Assembly (NCBI RefSeq): GCF_009914755.1
Contig: NC_060925.1
Reading direction: 5' to 3' (one strand)
DNA: 64,000 nucleotides
DNA from: the human T2T-CHM13v2.0 reference genome, Homo sapiens
Both the position numbers and the translations under genes were made by a program. Below, one piece after another: positions 26,018 through 38,721 of the stretch. The notes under the pieces are model-generated. The model did not search any database. It worked only from the letters and a program-made list of their open reading frames with translations, and was not told where the DNA came from. How positions within the stretch are numbered: position 1 is the first letter of the stretch; every line of letters starts with the position of its first letter.

Positions 26018-27139
26018 TTGTTCTCATTATTTTCAAATAACGTTTTGGTTTCTGCCTTAACTTCATTATTTACCCAAAGGTCATTAACAAGCATGTTGTT
26101 GTTTAGTTTTCATGTAATTGCATGGTTTTGAGAAACCTTCTTAGTCTTGACTTCTCTTTCTATTGTGCTGTGGTCTGAGAGTGTGTTTGGTGTGATTTCA
26201 CTTATTTTGCATTTGCAGAGGATTGTTTATGTCCAAATACGTTGTCAATTTTAGAGTCTGTGCCATTGGCAATGAGAAGAATGTATATTCTGTCATTTTG
26301 AATGGAGAGTTCTATAAGGTCTATCATATCCACTTGGTCCTGAATATCTTTGTTAATTTTCTGCCTTGATGATTTGTCTAATACTGCCAGTGGAGTGTTG
26401 AAGTCTCCCACTATTATTGTGTGGGTGTCTATGTTACTTTGTAGATCTCTAAGAACTTGCTTTATGAATCTGGCTGCTCCTGTATTGAGTGCATATATAT
26501 TTAGGATCATTAAGTCTTCTAGTTTAATTGAACCCTTTACCATTATGTAATGCCTGTCTTTGTCTTTTTTATCTTTGTAGACTTGAAGCCTGTTTTGTCA
26601 GAACCTAGAATTGCAACCCCAGCGTTTTTCTCTTTTATGTTTGTGTGTTGATTTTCCTCCATCCCTTTATTTTTAGCCTATGTGTGTCATTATTGTGAGA
26701 TGAGTATTTTGAAGCCAGCATATCATTGGATCTTGCTTTTTGATCTAGCTTGCCATACTGTGTCTTTTAAATGGGACATTTAGCCTGTTTACATTCAAGG
26801 TTAGTATCGTTGTGTGTTGATTTGATTCTGTCATTGTGTTGTGAGCTGGTTATTATACCAGCTTGTTTGTGTCATTGCTTTATAGTGTCTCTGGTCTGTG
26901 TACTTAAGTATGTTTTCATATTGACTGGTAATGGTCTTTCCTTTACATATTTACTTCTTTTTTCAAGATCTCTTGTAAGGCAAGTCTGATGGTAAAAAAA
27001 AAAAAAAAAAAAAAATCTCCCTCAGCATTTGTGTATCTGAAGAGTATCTTATTTCTCCTTCACCAAGGAAGTTTAGTTTGGATGGGTATGAAATTCTTGG
27101 TTGAGGATTTTTTTGTTTAAGAATATTGAATATAGGCCC

Positions 27140-28508
27140 TGTATAGTCCATTCTCATGCTGCTATAAAGAAATACCTGAGAGTGGGTAACTTATAAAATA
27201 AAGAGTTTTAATCAACTCATAGTTTCTCATTTCTGGGGAGGCCTCAGGAAACATACAATCATGGTGAAAGACAAAGAAGCAGGCACCTTCTTCACAGGGT
27301 AGCAGGATGGAGTGAGTGCAAGCACTTATAAAGCATTTATAAAGAGACACTTATAAAACCATCAGATCTTTTGAGACTCACTATCACGAGAACAGCATGG
27401 GGGAGACCACCCCCATGATCCAGTTACCTCCTCCTGGTCCTACCCTTGACATGTGGGGATTACAATTCAAGAATAATTGTGAAGTGCCCCTGCCCACTCC
27501 AATATCTCATGTCCTTACATTTCTAAACACAATCATGCCCTTCCAGCAGTCCCTCAAAGTCTTAACTCACTCCAGATTAAACCAAAAGTCCAAGTCCAAA
27601 GTCTTATCTGAGACAAGACAAATCTCTTCTGTCTGTGAGCCTGTAAAATTAAAAGCAAGTTTGTTACTTCCTAGATACAAAGGGGGGATGGTCCGCTTCC
27701 TCTTGAATGCTTTGCTACTTAGAAATTTCTTCTGCCAGATACCTTAAATCATCTCTTACAAGTTCAAATTTCCACAGATCTCTAGAGCAGGGGCAAAATG
27801 CTGCCAGTCTCTTTGCATAGCAAGAGTGACCTTTACTCCAGTTCTCAACAAGTTCCTCATCTCCATGAGACCAACTCAGCCCAGACTTCATTGTCCATAT
27901 CACTGTCAGCATTTTGGTCAAAGCCATTCAACAAGTCTCTAGGAAGTTCCAAACATTCCCACATCTTACCTGTCTTCTGAGCCCTCCAAGTCTCTGGGAA
28001 GTTCCAAACTTTCCCACATTTTTCTATCTTCTTCTGAGCCCTCCAAATTGTCCCAACCTCTGCTTGTTACCCAGTTCTAAAGTTGCTTCCATATTTTCAG
28101 GCATCTTTATAACAGCACCCTACTCCCAGTACCAATTAACTTTATTAGTCTGTTCTCATGCTGCTATGAAGAAATACCTAAGACTGGATAATTCATAAAG
28201 GAAAGAGGTTTATTTGACTCACAGTTCTGCATTGCTGAGGAGGCCTCAGGAAACTTACAATTGTGGTGGAAGGCAAGGGAAAAGCAGGCTCCTTCTTCAC
28301 AGGGTAGCAGGAAGGAGTGAGTGCAAGCAGGGGAAATGCCAGATGCTTATGAAACCATCATATCTCATGAGACTCACTCACTATCACAAGAACAGCATGG
28401 AGGAAACCACCCCCATGATCAGATTACCTCTACTTGGTCCTGCCCTTGACATGCGGGAATTATAATTCCAGATGAGATTTTCGGTGGGGACACAGCTAAA
28501 ACATATCA
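27140..28508 (-). mobile_element. THE1D-like MaLR provirus: LTR (~27140-27480), deleted internal region, LTR (~28141-28508)
   Basis: Two homologous antisense LTRs ('ttctcatgctgctat...gcctcaggaaac...gagtgagtgcaag...ccacccccatgatc') flank THE1-int sequence. L1 ORF1 resumes in register on both sides. Confidence 0.92.
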
Positions 28509-30010
28509 GTCCTTCGATATCTTCTGGTTTATAGGATTTAATCTGAGAGGTCTGCTGTTAGACTGATGGGGTTCCCTTTGTAGATAATCTGCCCTTTCTG
28601 TTTAGCTTCCTTTAACATTTTTGCTTTCATTTTGACCTTGGAAAAATCTGATTATTATATGTCTTGAGGATCATCTTCTTGTGTAGGATATTGCAGGGCT
28701 TCTCTGTATTTCCCAAATTTGATGGTTGGTCTCTCTAGCAAGGCTGGAGAATTTTTCATGAATGGCCTCCTAAAATATATTTTCAAAGTTGTTTGCTTTT
28801 TTTACATCCCTTTCAGGGATGCCAGTGATTCTTATGTTTGGCTCTTTACATAATTTCATATTTCTCAGAGGTTTTATTCATTCCTTTTCCTTCTTTTTTT
28901 TTAATTTTTGTCTGACTGTCTTATTTCAGAGAGCCAGTCTTTAAGTTCCGACATTATTTCCTCAGCTTGGTCTATTCTGCTGTTAATACTTTTGGTTGCA
29001 TTCTGAAATTCTTATAGTGTTTTTTACCTCTCTCAGTTAGGGTTGTTTTTATACTGGGTGTTTCATCTGTCATCTTCTATGTCATTATATTGTCAGTGTT
29101 TGTTTTCTGATCTTCATTTCTATCCATATTATGATTTCTCTTTCTGTCATTTCAGCCAACTCAGTCTGGTTAAGAACCTTTGTGAGATAACTAGTGCAGT
29201 TTTTTGGAGAACATAAGACACTCTGGTCATTTGAGTTGCCAGAATTTTTGTGTTGGTTCTTTTTCATCTCTGTGTATGGGTATTCTTTAACTTTTGGGTT
29301 GCCTCTGATTGAAGTGCTCAGGCAGGAGCAGTGTGGTTTTGCTGGAGTCCTAGGTCGAGTGTCCCTGCCCAGTGAGGATAAGTGAAACTGGGACCTACCT
29401 GGAGAAGAGTTTGGCCACTTTTTTTTGAGATGGGTGCTCTGTGCTGGGGATCTGGAATAGCCTCTGGTCCCTGTTGACTCTCCAGAGCCTGGAGAAAAAA
29501 GCAATGGCTGTAGGCAGGAAAAACGGCAATCCGCCCCTCCCACTAGGATCTCTGTCCCAGGAAGTTGCAGACCTGCTACTGGCTCCATACTTCTGTGGGG
29601 AGGATGGCTGCAGACTCAGGCCAGGAGGACATATGCAGTGAGGAGATATGGGATCAGGGACCCACATCACAAATAGTCTGGCCACTTTTCCAAATGCCTC
29701 TGCCATATGCTGCAGCTCTACTCTGATTCTTAGTCACCATCTCAGATTTTCTAGCACCTGAAGGTATCAACAGTGAAGGATGCAAAACAACAAAGATGGT
29801 GGTCTGTACTTCCCTCTCTCTGATAAGAGTTCATTTTTCATATGAAACATATGGCTTCAGAAAATAATTATTGATGATTATTGAAAAGGTATATGGATGT
29901 AGGCACACACTGAGGTCAGAAGTTAAACTGGTATTACTGGATTAATATCAGTCATTGTGATTCAGTGAATAATAGTCATTCTGGTTACAGAGTCAGGGTG
30001 GGTAATTGTC

Positions 30011-30108
30011 AATTAACAAGCTTCCTTGAAATCAGAACTGATCAATTAAACTGATCAATCAATTAATGATTAGTTGATCAGTTCTGATTTCAAGGTAGCT
30101 TGTTAATT
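30011..30108. repeat. Near-perfect inverted repeat (35-bp arms, 1 mismatch, 28-bp spacer)
   Basis: aattaacaagcttccttgaaatcagaactgatcaa (30011-30045) pairs with ttgatcagttctgatttcaaggtagcttgttaatt (30074-30108). Confidence 0.97.
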
Positions 30109-30933
30109 AAGTTTGGCCTATTACAGAGATTGAAGTTTTGTGATCTCTTCTTTTGATAAAAGGGACCATAAGCTTCATTAAACATGTATTTTTGTCTTAC
30201 AGCTATTTTGTAGTGATCAGCAGTTTTTAATGTATGATAAATGTTCAATAAATATGTATGAAGTGCTTAGGTATGTAATTTCAATAGACCAATGCTTGCC
30301 TAGGAAACACTGATATATTTTCTGTAAGTACCATACTCTTCTGGATATTCTAAAAACATCCTTAACAATTCTATATATGGGTAATACTATTTAATATAAC
30401 TATTTTCTAGTAGAAACTATCATTTTACAATCTGAAATTCCATGATTTGATCATCATATTGAAGAATTTTTGTACCTATTTTGTACATTTTATATCTTTT
30501 TATTTACTTTAGTTTGCCTTTTTCAAATAGACTCTAGTTTTGTTTTAGTGTTGTTGAGAAACTTTCTTTTCAAGAGTAAAGTTATTTGTATAATTGTATA
30601 GATAATTTTAAATGTAACTTTAAATGATTGATAGTAAATGACCACTGATCAATCACAATAATGTACCTCATACAAAAGAGAAGAGTATAATTTCAAAACA
30701 GACTGTGAGTAGTTCCTAAAATATTAGGTTCAACTGTATAAAATGACTGATAGTCAACTGTTTCTGATGGGCATAAATGGAAATTTTACATATCTAATAT
30801 ATTCCATTTATTTTTGTAGATGTTTACATCAAAATTTTGTTACTAGTTTATTTTCTGTAATGAATGTCTCATATATTTCTTGTTATACATATATCATAAA
30901 ACTGTTTTCAGTCTGTTGGGAGAGTTATATATA

Positions 30934-31120
30934 CAAGTGAGTATCCTTTATTTAAAATGTTTGGGACCAGAGGTGTTTCAGATTTTGGAATGTTTACATA
31001 CACACAATGAGATACCTTGGGGATATCTTGTGTTTAGACTCTAAGTATAAACACAAAACTAATGTATATTTCATAGGCCCCTCATACACTTTGCCTGGAG
31101 GTAATTTTATACAATATTTC
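30934..31120 (+). mobile_element. Tigger4b/MER46-like DNA transposon, 5' fragment
   Basis: TA followed by 'caagtgagtatcctttatttaaaatgtttgggaccagaggtgtttcagattttggaat'. Confidence 0.85.
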
Positions 31121-31589
31121 TGTACAGTACATATTCTGTGCAACTGCAGATATGCAGAGTATTATTGAATGTTTGTTTGCCTTTTTCTTACCTAAATGGT
31201 ATTATGTTCTATCTAATGTTCAGTAATTAATTGTTTTAATAAGATCTATGTCCAGCAATACAAAACTATCCCTTTTTTTTAACTGAAGCATAAACTGAAC
31301 AATAGTTTATACCACATTTCCTCAATTTAGGGGCATTTAGATTGTTTCCAGGTTTGTCATGATTAGGAAATGTACTGCAATGAGCAACTTTGTACAAATA
31401 TTGTGTGAGTATTCATTTTCTCCAGTGTAGATCCCACTAATAGAATTTCTAAGCCATAATGTGTGCATTTTTCTCAGTTTTATGCAAATAATATAAACCC
31501 TCAAAAATAGCTATAACAATGTATAAGTCCATAGGTTGCATGTAAAATTTCCTCTTGTTCCAATATATATACTATATGATAAATGTATC

Positions 31590-32463
31590 TGATAGCAATG
31601 CCTTCAGCATACCCTGAGAATGACCTTGTATAGCAGATGCACCTGAATGTGTGTTCGAAGCTTGAGAATTGGGAGTGGCCAATCTGGAGATATGTTCCTT
31701 GTCTGTGAGGAAGTTCTGAGCCCTGGTCTGTCCCATGGAACCCGAGTGGATTGGGGCCCCAAGTGTTGGGTTGAATAAAGCTTGCTGATACAGTTTAGAT
31801 ATAAACTATATCAAGTTTATATATACAAGTCGAATTGTAATCCCCAAAGCTGGAGGTGTGGCTTGTGGGAGGTATTTTGGTCGTGGGGTGGATCTCTCAT
31901 GGGTTGGTGTTGTCTTCACCACAGTGAAGGAGTTCTCAGGAGGTCTGGTTGTTTAAAAGTGCATGACACCTTCCTGTCCCCCCAAATCTTTTTTGCTCCT
32001 GCTTTTGCCATATGATCTACTGCTCCCCCTTTGTCTTCTGTCCTGATTGGAAGCTACCTCAACAGAAACAGATTCCGCTGTGCTTTCTGTACAGCCTGTG
32101 GAACCATGAACCATTTATACTTCTTTTCTTATAAATTACCCAGTCTCAGGTATTCGTCCATAGCAATGCAAGAGTGGCCAAATACATTTGTCAAAGGAGA
32201 TTGTTAGGGAAATGGTCCTAATTGAAAATGTTATATAAATGGCATGCCTTCTGCAAGTGGTTGCAGTTCTTTTGCTTTGCCACCACCACTGGGCCATGCA
32301 ATAATACTGCTCAACCCACAAACACTGGATTGTCTGCCCTGTATGTAAGCTCCCTATAAAACTTCACGTCTCATCTGCTTCCTCTAGGCCTTTTTTTTTT
32401 TTTTTTTCACCTCTTGAACCAGGTACCATCTTCACTGGAGTCGACAGGAGTTTGACACAATAT
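31590..32463 (+). mobile_element. ERVL-class solo LTR (LTR47-like, tentative) containing an MSTA LTR
   Basis: Begins tgatagcaatgcc...gcataccctgagaatgacc...gcacctgaatgtgtg. TATA-like 'tatataaat' follows the nested insert. Flanked by gtatc at 31585-31589 and 32464-32468. Confidence 0.65.
31786..32186 (+). mobile_element. MSTA solo LTR (ERVL-MaLR)
   Basis: 'aattgtaatcccca...ggtggatctctcatg...ataaattacccagtctcaggtatt...atagcaatgcaaga...aataca'. Confidence 0.9.
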
Positions 32464-33219
32464 GTATCAATAATCATTATTTTTACCTCCTAATTTTTGA
32501 CAATCTGATGGTCAAATAAAGTTTCACTACTGTTTTAATTTGATTTGACCAGTAACTAATAGAATCAAATATATTCTCATATATTTAATACTCATTTGTG
32601 TTTCTGTTTCTGTAAATGTCTGTTTAAATCTGGGCTTATATTTTCCTTTATAATGATATCACTGTCTTTAGATTTTTATTATTATTCAGCTATTATATTA
32701 AAATATTTTCTAATTGAGAGCCAATAGTCTTTAAAATCTGTTAATAGTAATTTTTCTAATGAGGAGGTTTATAGTTTTAACTTGCTGAAATTTATCTCAT
32801 TGCCCATTATAGCTTTTATTTTTCATGTCTTTTTGAAAAAATCCTCTCCTAGTCCAAGAGCACACTTTTGCTGTCCTATTTTTTTCTCTAATTAAAAAAA
32901 ATTTAAAAATATTTATGGTTTTAATACCCTATTAATTCTCTGTAAAATAGCGTGAGATAGGGATTTAATGTATATACTTTTCTAAACACTTCCCAACATC
33001 ATTTATTGAGTATTCTTTCCTCTCTGATTTGAAAGGTAACTTTTATTTCGTAGTAAGTTTTCATATGTATTTCATTTTAGCTTTAGGGTCCTTGCTTCTT
33101 TAGAGAACAGCATATAAATATTAAGGTTCACAGAATTCCCCATCATTTTACAGCTTTGTGAGTTTAAATGTGCATTTCTTTCAGAGAGTAACCATAACTT
33201 TAATTAGACCCTTAAACAG

Positions 33220-33267
33220 CTACATGCACACGTATACACATGTGCACACACACAGAGACACACACAG
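33220..33267. repeat. Degenerate (CA)n
   Basis: Directly visible. Confidence 0.8.
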
Positions 33268-34171
33268 TGTGATACATTGACAGGCACTTGACTTGGATGA
33301 ACAGGCAATATCTGTGGATCATTCCACCAGAATTGTAATAGAATCATGTTGAGCCACTATATAGGCAAAAATCAGAAAGTGTTAGAGATTATGTTGAAAG
33401 TTACTCTTTGCTCTGGAGGTTGTAAAACGTTCTATCATATGTAAGGGAAAGCTTTTTTAATGAGTACACTAAACTTTCTTTAAAACTTTTATAGTTTGCC
33501 CTGTAGCCATCTGGACTCAGAATTTTATTTCTTTTAAATTACTTGATCATTGCTTCTACCTCTAACACTGCAGGGGCAAGTAGGTGTTCTGCTTGAGCTC
33601 TTGAGCACTGAGAAAAAAACTGAATTAATCAAACATTGGCATGTTCTAATGGGTAAACTTTCAAGGGAGTTTCTTCTATGTAAAGTGTTTGATAATATTG
33701 AAAACAGCATCTGTTACAGCTTTTGCTTTGTTTGCTGCTTTGTTGAGACGGGGGTATTGGTTGTTATTTTGTTGAGGCTTATTGTTTTCTTAATTGAAAG
33801 GCCAACATCTGGCTCTTTTTGTTACACTCTTTTCTTTACATTCTATTAAAATAATTCTTAATTTAAAATGCAAAGGTGCAATTATAAATACCTACAAACT
33901 ATATCTCACTTATATGTGAATAGCAGAATGTTCTTATGCAAAATACAAGAGATATATATATTACATTTTGAATGCCACCTAAATATTGAGCACAGATTTT
34001 TTTTAAAATTTTACAATAAATGAATACCCTTTCTAATTAACATATTATAAAATGACTCTTTGAATTATTAATTAACCTTACATCTTCTGTCATATACACC
34101 ACTCTACCCCTAAAGGAAGTGGAATATGTCATGGCAAGTTTTCAGAAATTGTGTGATTATAACAATATAAA

Positions 34172-35006
34172 ATATCAGCATGATTCTGGCTTTATAAAAT
34201 GAGTTAGGGAGGAGTCCCTCCTCCTTAATTTTTTGGAATAGTTTTATTAGGTACAGTACCAGCTCATTTTTGTACATCTGATAGAATTCAGCTGTGAATT
34301 TTTCTGGTCCCAAACTTTTTGTGGTTGGTAGGCTATTTATTAGTGACTAAATTTCAGATCTCATTATTGGTCAGTTTAGGGACTCAATTTCTTTGTGGTT
34401 CACTCTTGGGAGGGTGTGTGTGTCCAGAAATTCATCCATTTCTTCTAGATTTTCTAATTTTATACATAGAGGTGTTCATAACATTCTCTGATGGTTATTT
34501 GTATTGTTGTTTCTGATTATGTTTCTTTGAATCTTTTTTCTTTATTAGTCTAACTAGCTGTCTATTCATTTTATTAAAATTTTATTGAAAAAACTGCTCC
34601 TGGTTTCATTGATCTTTGAATGTTTACTTTATATCTCAATCTCCTTCATTTCAGCTCTGATTTTAGTTAACACTTGTATTTGCTAACTTTAGCGTTGGTT
34701 TGTTCTTGGCTCTCCAATTCTTTTAGTTGTGATGTTAGGTTGTTAACTTGAGATCTTTCTAACTTTTTGATGTGAACATATGCTATAAGTTTTCCTCTTA
34801 ACACTGCATTAGCTGTGTTCCAGATATTCTGGTATGTTGTATCTTTGGTATTATTAGCTTCAAATAACTTTTTGATTTCTTTCTTAATTTCATTATTTAC
34901 CCAAACATCATTCAGGAGCAGGTTATTCAGTTTCCATGTAACTGTATGGTTTTGGGTTAATTCCTTAGTCTTGATTTCTAATTTGATTCCCTTGTTGTCT
35001 GAGACA
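34172..35006 (-). mobile_element. Internal L1P ORF2 fragment (EN-RT linker), no 3' end
   Basis: ORFs 34110-34313 ([25 protein letters not shown]) and 34667-35023 ([30 protein letters not shown]) are L1 ORF2. Confidence 0.93.
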
Positions 35007-35609
35007 ACATAAGAAAAGTACATATGAGAAGCAGAAATACAAAGTACATTTTGAAATGAATTGTCGGTTTTGCATAATACTTAAATTGCAGTTTATCTAA
35101 TTAAACATTTATAGAAGATCTTTTGACCACTTCTACTCATAGCAGTCTAGCTAGAGTTTTAACTGATTGGAACGAACACTTTCCATCTATTTGTATAACA
35201 TCTGTAAAAGGACTTGAATCTATACTTAGATTTTATTTCTGAAGCCTCAAGATTCACCTTGTGATGGTATATAATTTACTGAAAACAGTGAATTAAGTGT
35301 TAAAAAGGAAAAAAAAAACTAAAATAAATGAACTCATAAAATATGAAAGGAAGAAGCTCAATGCAAAGAACACTTACTAGAGTTTGATTTTATTTTATAA
35401 AACAACAAAAACAAAATCTATATTTAAGAACCAAAAATCATCTTTATTTTGCATGGAATTTTTGAATTTAAAAAAACATGTTTTGAAATGTGTTCAACTT
35501 AATCTACATTATGTACAGTTAAGCATCTTGATAAATAGACCTATTTACACATTCATTCCACTTATTTTCTCTAATGATTATTGATAGACTTATTAGAAGA
35601 AATGTTATT

Positions 35610-35775
35610 GCCTTTCTCTCCTCCTTTTTTCTTCCTTTCTCGCCCTCTCTCCTCCCTCTCCTCATTTTCTCTTCTCTTCTTCCTCCTTTGCCTTCTTTCC
35701 CTCTTTTTCCCTTCCTTCCTTCTTTCCTTCCTTCCTTCTTTCTTCCTTCCCTTTTTTTCTTGCTTTCTTTCTTAT
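35610..35775. repeat. CT-rich polypyrimidine low-complexity tract, partly (CCTT)n
   Basis: Directly visible. Confidence 0.9.
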
Positions 35776-36129
35776 GTATTAGTCTCTTTTAATTTTTTTT
35801 TGCTAGTGGATACTGAGTTGAAAAATCAAACAAAAACAAAAAGTAAAGTGGACCACTTTTTATGATTTATCAGAGAAAAATCTAGCTGAATACAAGTTGT
35901 ATTATGACCAAAAGTAAAATCTGCAGTCTACCCTTCATTGAGAACTTTAATAATAACTATTCTGTTATTATTACAAGTTTAAAAATATTAATTTCCCTGA
36001 GTGCAAATTATAGTAAATAAAGGAAAAATAACCATATGAAATAATAACAAAATATGTTGTAAAATTTTTAATTTTAGGTAGGAATTAATAGGTCATGCTA
36101 GTGTTACTTGCAGAAGAAAAAGGATTTGA

Positions 36130-36603
<474 letters not shown>

Positions 36604-36649
36604 CTATTTCAGGCCTGTGCTAAGGTTCAGCCCATACAAAAGTTTCAAT

Positions 36650-37200
36650 GGGAAGGAGGGAACAGCAGATATTTTAGCAGATGTACGGATCTAGAGGACA
36701 ACATTGAAAACTTGAGAGGCCTCAAACATATAGCCATTTTCTTCTATACACCATTTGGTAAGTTTGAGGGCTCTACAGGAGCATGGAGAGCTAAGCCAAT
36801 AGCTTCTAAAACACAGAGTAAAAGTTCCCTGTTTTTTTATCATGGTTAGAAAACTCATGCCTGCCAGGAGGAGTAGGTCTGTCCCCAAGCATTCTGCTCC
36901 TTTCTCCTTCAAGACCTTTGCCAGATTTTGGGGCTGAATAAAAAAGGTGGCTGATGAGCTGAGCTGGAGATCACTAAAGGACAGAGATGGACCTCCTTCA
37001 GTCTTTTAGTGCTATGGAGTTAAGGATGTGCCAGTCTTTCAAACAGAAATTGAGAAGCCACACTCAGGAGTACATCAGATATAGATGATATATAGAAAGT
37101 CCTACCCAAAATGCAAGGGCACCAGAGACCAGATCAATGTAAGACTGAACTAACATGACTGGATCGCCTCCTCCTGTCTGCTTGCAGAAGAAAAAGGATT
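36650..37200 (+). mobile_element. Possible ancient L1M 5' UTR fragment
   Basis: More GC-rich segment with motifs reminiscent of L1MD/L1M 5' ends ('ccagattttggggctg', 'gacagagatggacctccttcagtcttttagtgct'). Confidence 0.35.
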
Positions 37201-38721
37201 TGAATAAAGCATAAACAGAGGAGAGGACACCGTGCCAGCACAACCTTTTCTGAAAACTCTGTTTCTTTGATTTGCGATGTCTAGCGTATCTTTTAAAAAA
37301 TGCAAAGCATGTGAAGTAAAAAAACTAAGGCTAACCATCAAGAGAAAAAGAAAACAGAAGTAGACACATTTCACAAAATTCAATTTACATAATTAAACTG
37401 CATAACATCTTCATACTTTTTCTCTCTTGATTTTCCAGTCTTTGGATTTATCACAAATGAATGCATCACATATGAATCATAATCCGATCTGTGGAGCACT
37501 TGACACCTAAATCCTGAATAGACTCATATTTATTAACTTAAAATTCATAATGACAAATTCATTATTAAACATGTAATTTGAATGTAAATCAGAAAAAATA
37601 GACAAATTAATAGATTCTAGGGATAAATTTTTAATTGTCTTTATGCAGATGCCTTTCTTTTTCAAATACAAAATTTGTGCAAGCCATTTCAATAGATACA
37701 AAAACATCTGTTTTGATAAGTGAAATCTCTTAGGGAGAGGGAATTTAAGGTATAATTAATTTAGAGTGGTTCAATTTAGTTGATGGGATGCTATTTTTGA
37801 TTTTCCCCAAAATTAATCATGAGTGTAATAAAAAGATAACTTATTAAACTTAGAGAGGTCCCTTAAAATATTATATAGTTCAGATTAATTGGAGCATTAC
37901 CCAAACCCTTCAAGTGTATTTTTTCAAGGATAAAGTAGTAGATAAATTAAATTCAGGGCACCTGTCATCAAAAGTCTCTAGTCTCTGTAATTCTTTGCTC
38001 TACTTGCTGTCAGTAAGGTGTTAAATTTGAAATGCAACATTACCTTAATTTCTCTAGTTAAAATGTAATCTAATTTTAGGTTTTACTTGCTTACATTGTT
38101 TCATTTTAATATAAATACTAACAAAGAAATATTGAGCATCTAACATACCCAGAATATAGATCTCAGCACTGAGATAAAAAGCATTATAACATATAAGTCT
38201 AATGTATTTTAGGAGATTCTACATCCTCATTACCAGACAAGCTGGGTAGGTAACCTGTCTAATAAGAATAATATTATTTTTTTCTAACAATGGTCAACAG
38301 CTTTTTACATTCTAGCTTATTCCTTCAAATATCTTGAACTCAACAAACCTTTCAATTAAGCATAACAACTGGCCACTTATTTAACTCACGATGTTAATTA
38401 AATGCAACTATTTGCTTATACTATAATGATACATTATTGTTAAATGTAGCTGAGGAAAAACATAAAGCCATATTGACTGTTTTCACTTTAAATTTATCAC
38501 TGTGAAACTCAAATGTACCTTAATGCTTTGGGGAAATTATAGTTCTCTTTTTTTATTTACCCTCTTATTATTCTGAACAGCTATTTTACATGCTCTTTCC
38601 TTTTCTCAAGTAGCCTGCAACTTCTCTTTCATTCTCACTTCCAAATTATTTCTTTTTGATACACTGTCTTCACTTAATTCTTCAAATATATCTGCTATTT
38701 TCAAAATCACCAGTAATTGTA

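Larger units (their letters stand above)
24925..29820 (-). mobile_element. Old primate L1 (L1PA13-16/L1PREC2-like) with a large internal ORF2 deletion, interrupted by an Alu and a THE1 provirus
   Basis: 3' UTR at 24925-25185. ORF 26202-26543 is ORF2 endonuclease (LNIYALNTGA, IIVGDFNTPL). ORF 26963-27157 is the ORF1 C-terminus (QPRISYPSKL). ORF 29085-29588 ends in the ORF1 N-terminus (MKKNQHKNSGNS...AEMTERE). Confidence 0.93.
31170..33090 (-). mobile_element. L1ME 3' region (antisense), interrupted by nested LTRs
   Basis: 'gggcatttagattgtttccaggttt', 'ttttaatttgatttg', 'cccaacatcatttattgag'. Confidence 0.7.

Noticed and set aside
26202-26543. Endonuclease-like ORF as a functional or domesticated gene
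   Set aside because: It is a broken L1 ORF2 EN fragment with an internal deletion and frameshift inside a decayed element.
27935-28047. ~55-bp tandem duplication in the THE1 internal region
   Set aside because: I recall this duplication in other THE1-int copies, so it is probably a family feature rather than locus-specific. Not verified.
35574-35865. Hydrophobic F/L/S/P-rich ORFs resembling membrane peptides
   Set aside because: Artefact of translating a CT-rich low-complexity tract.
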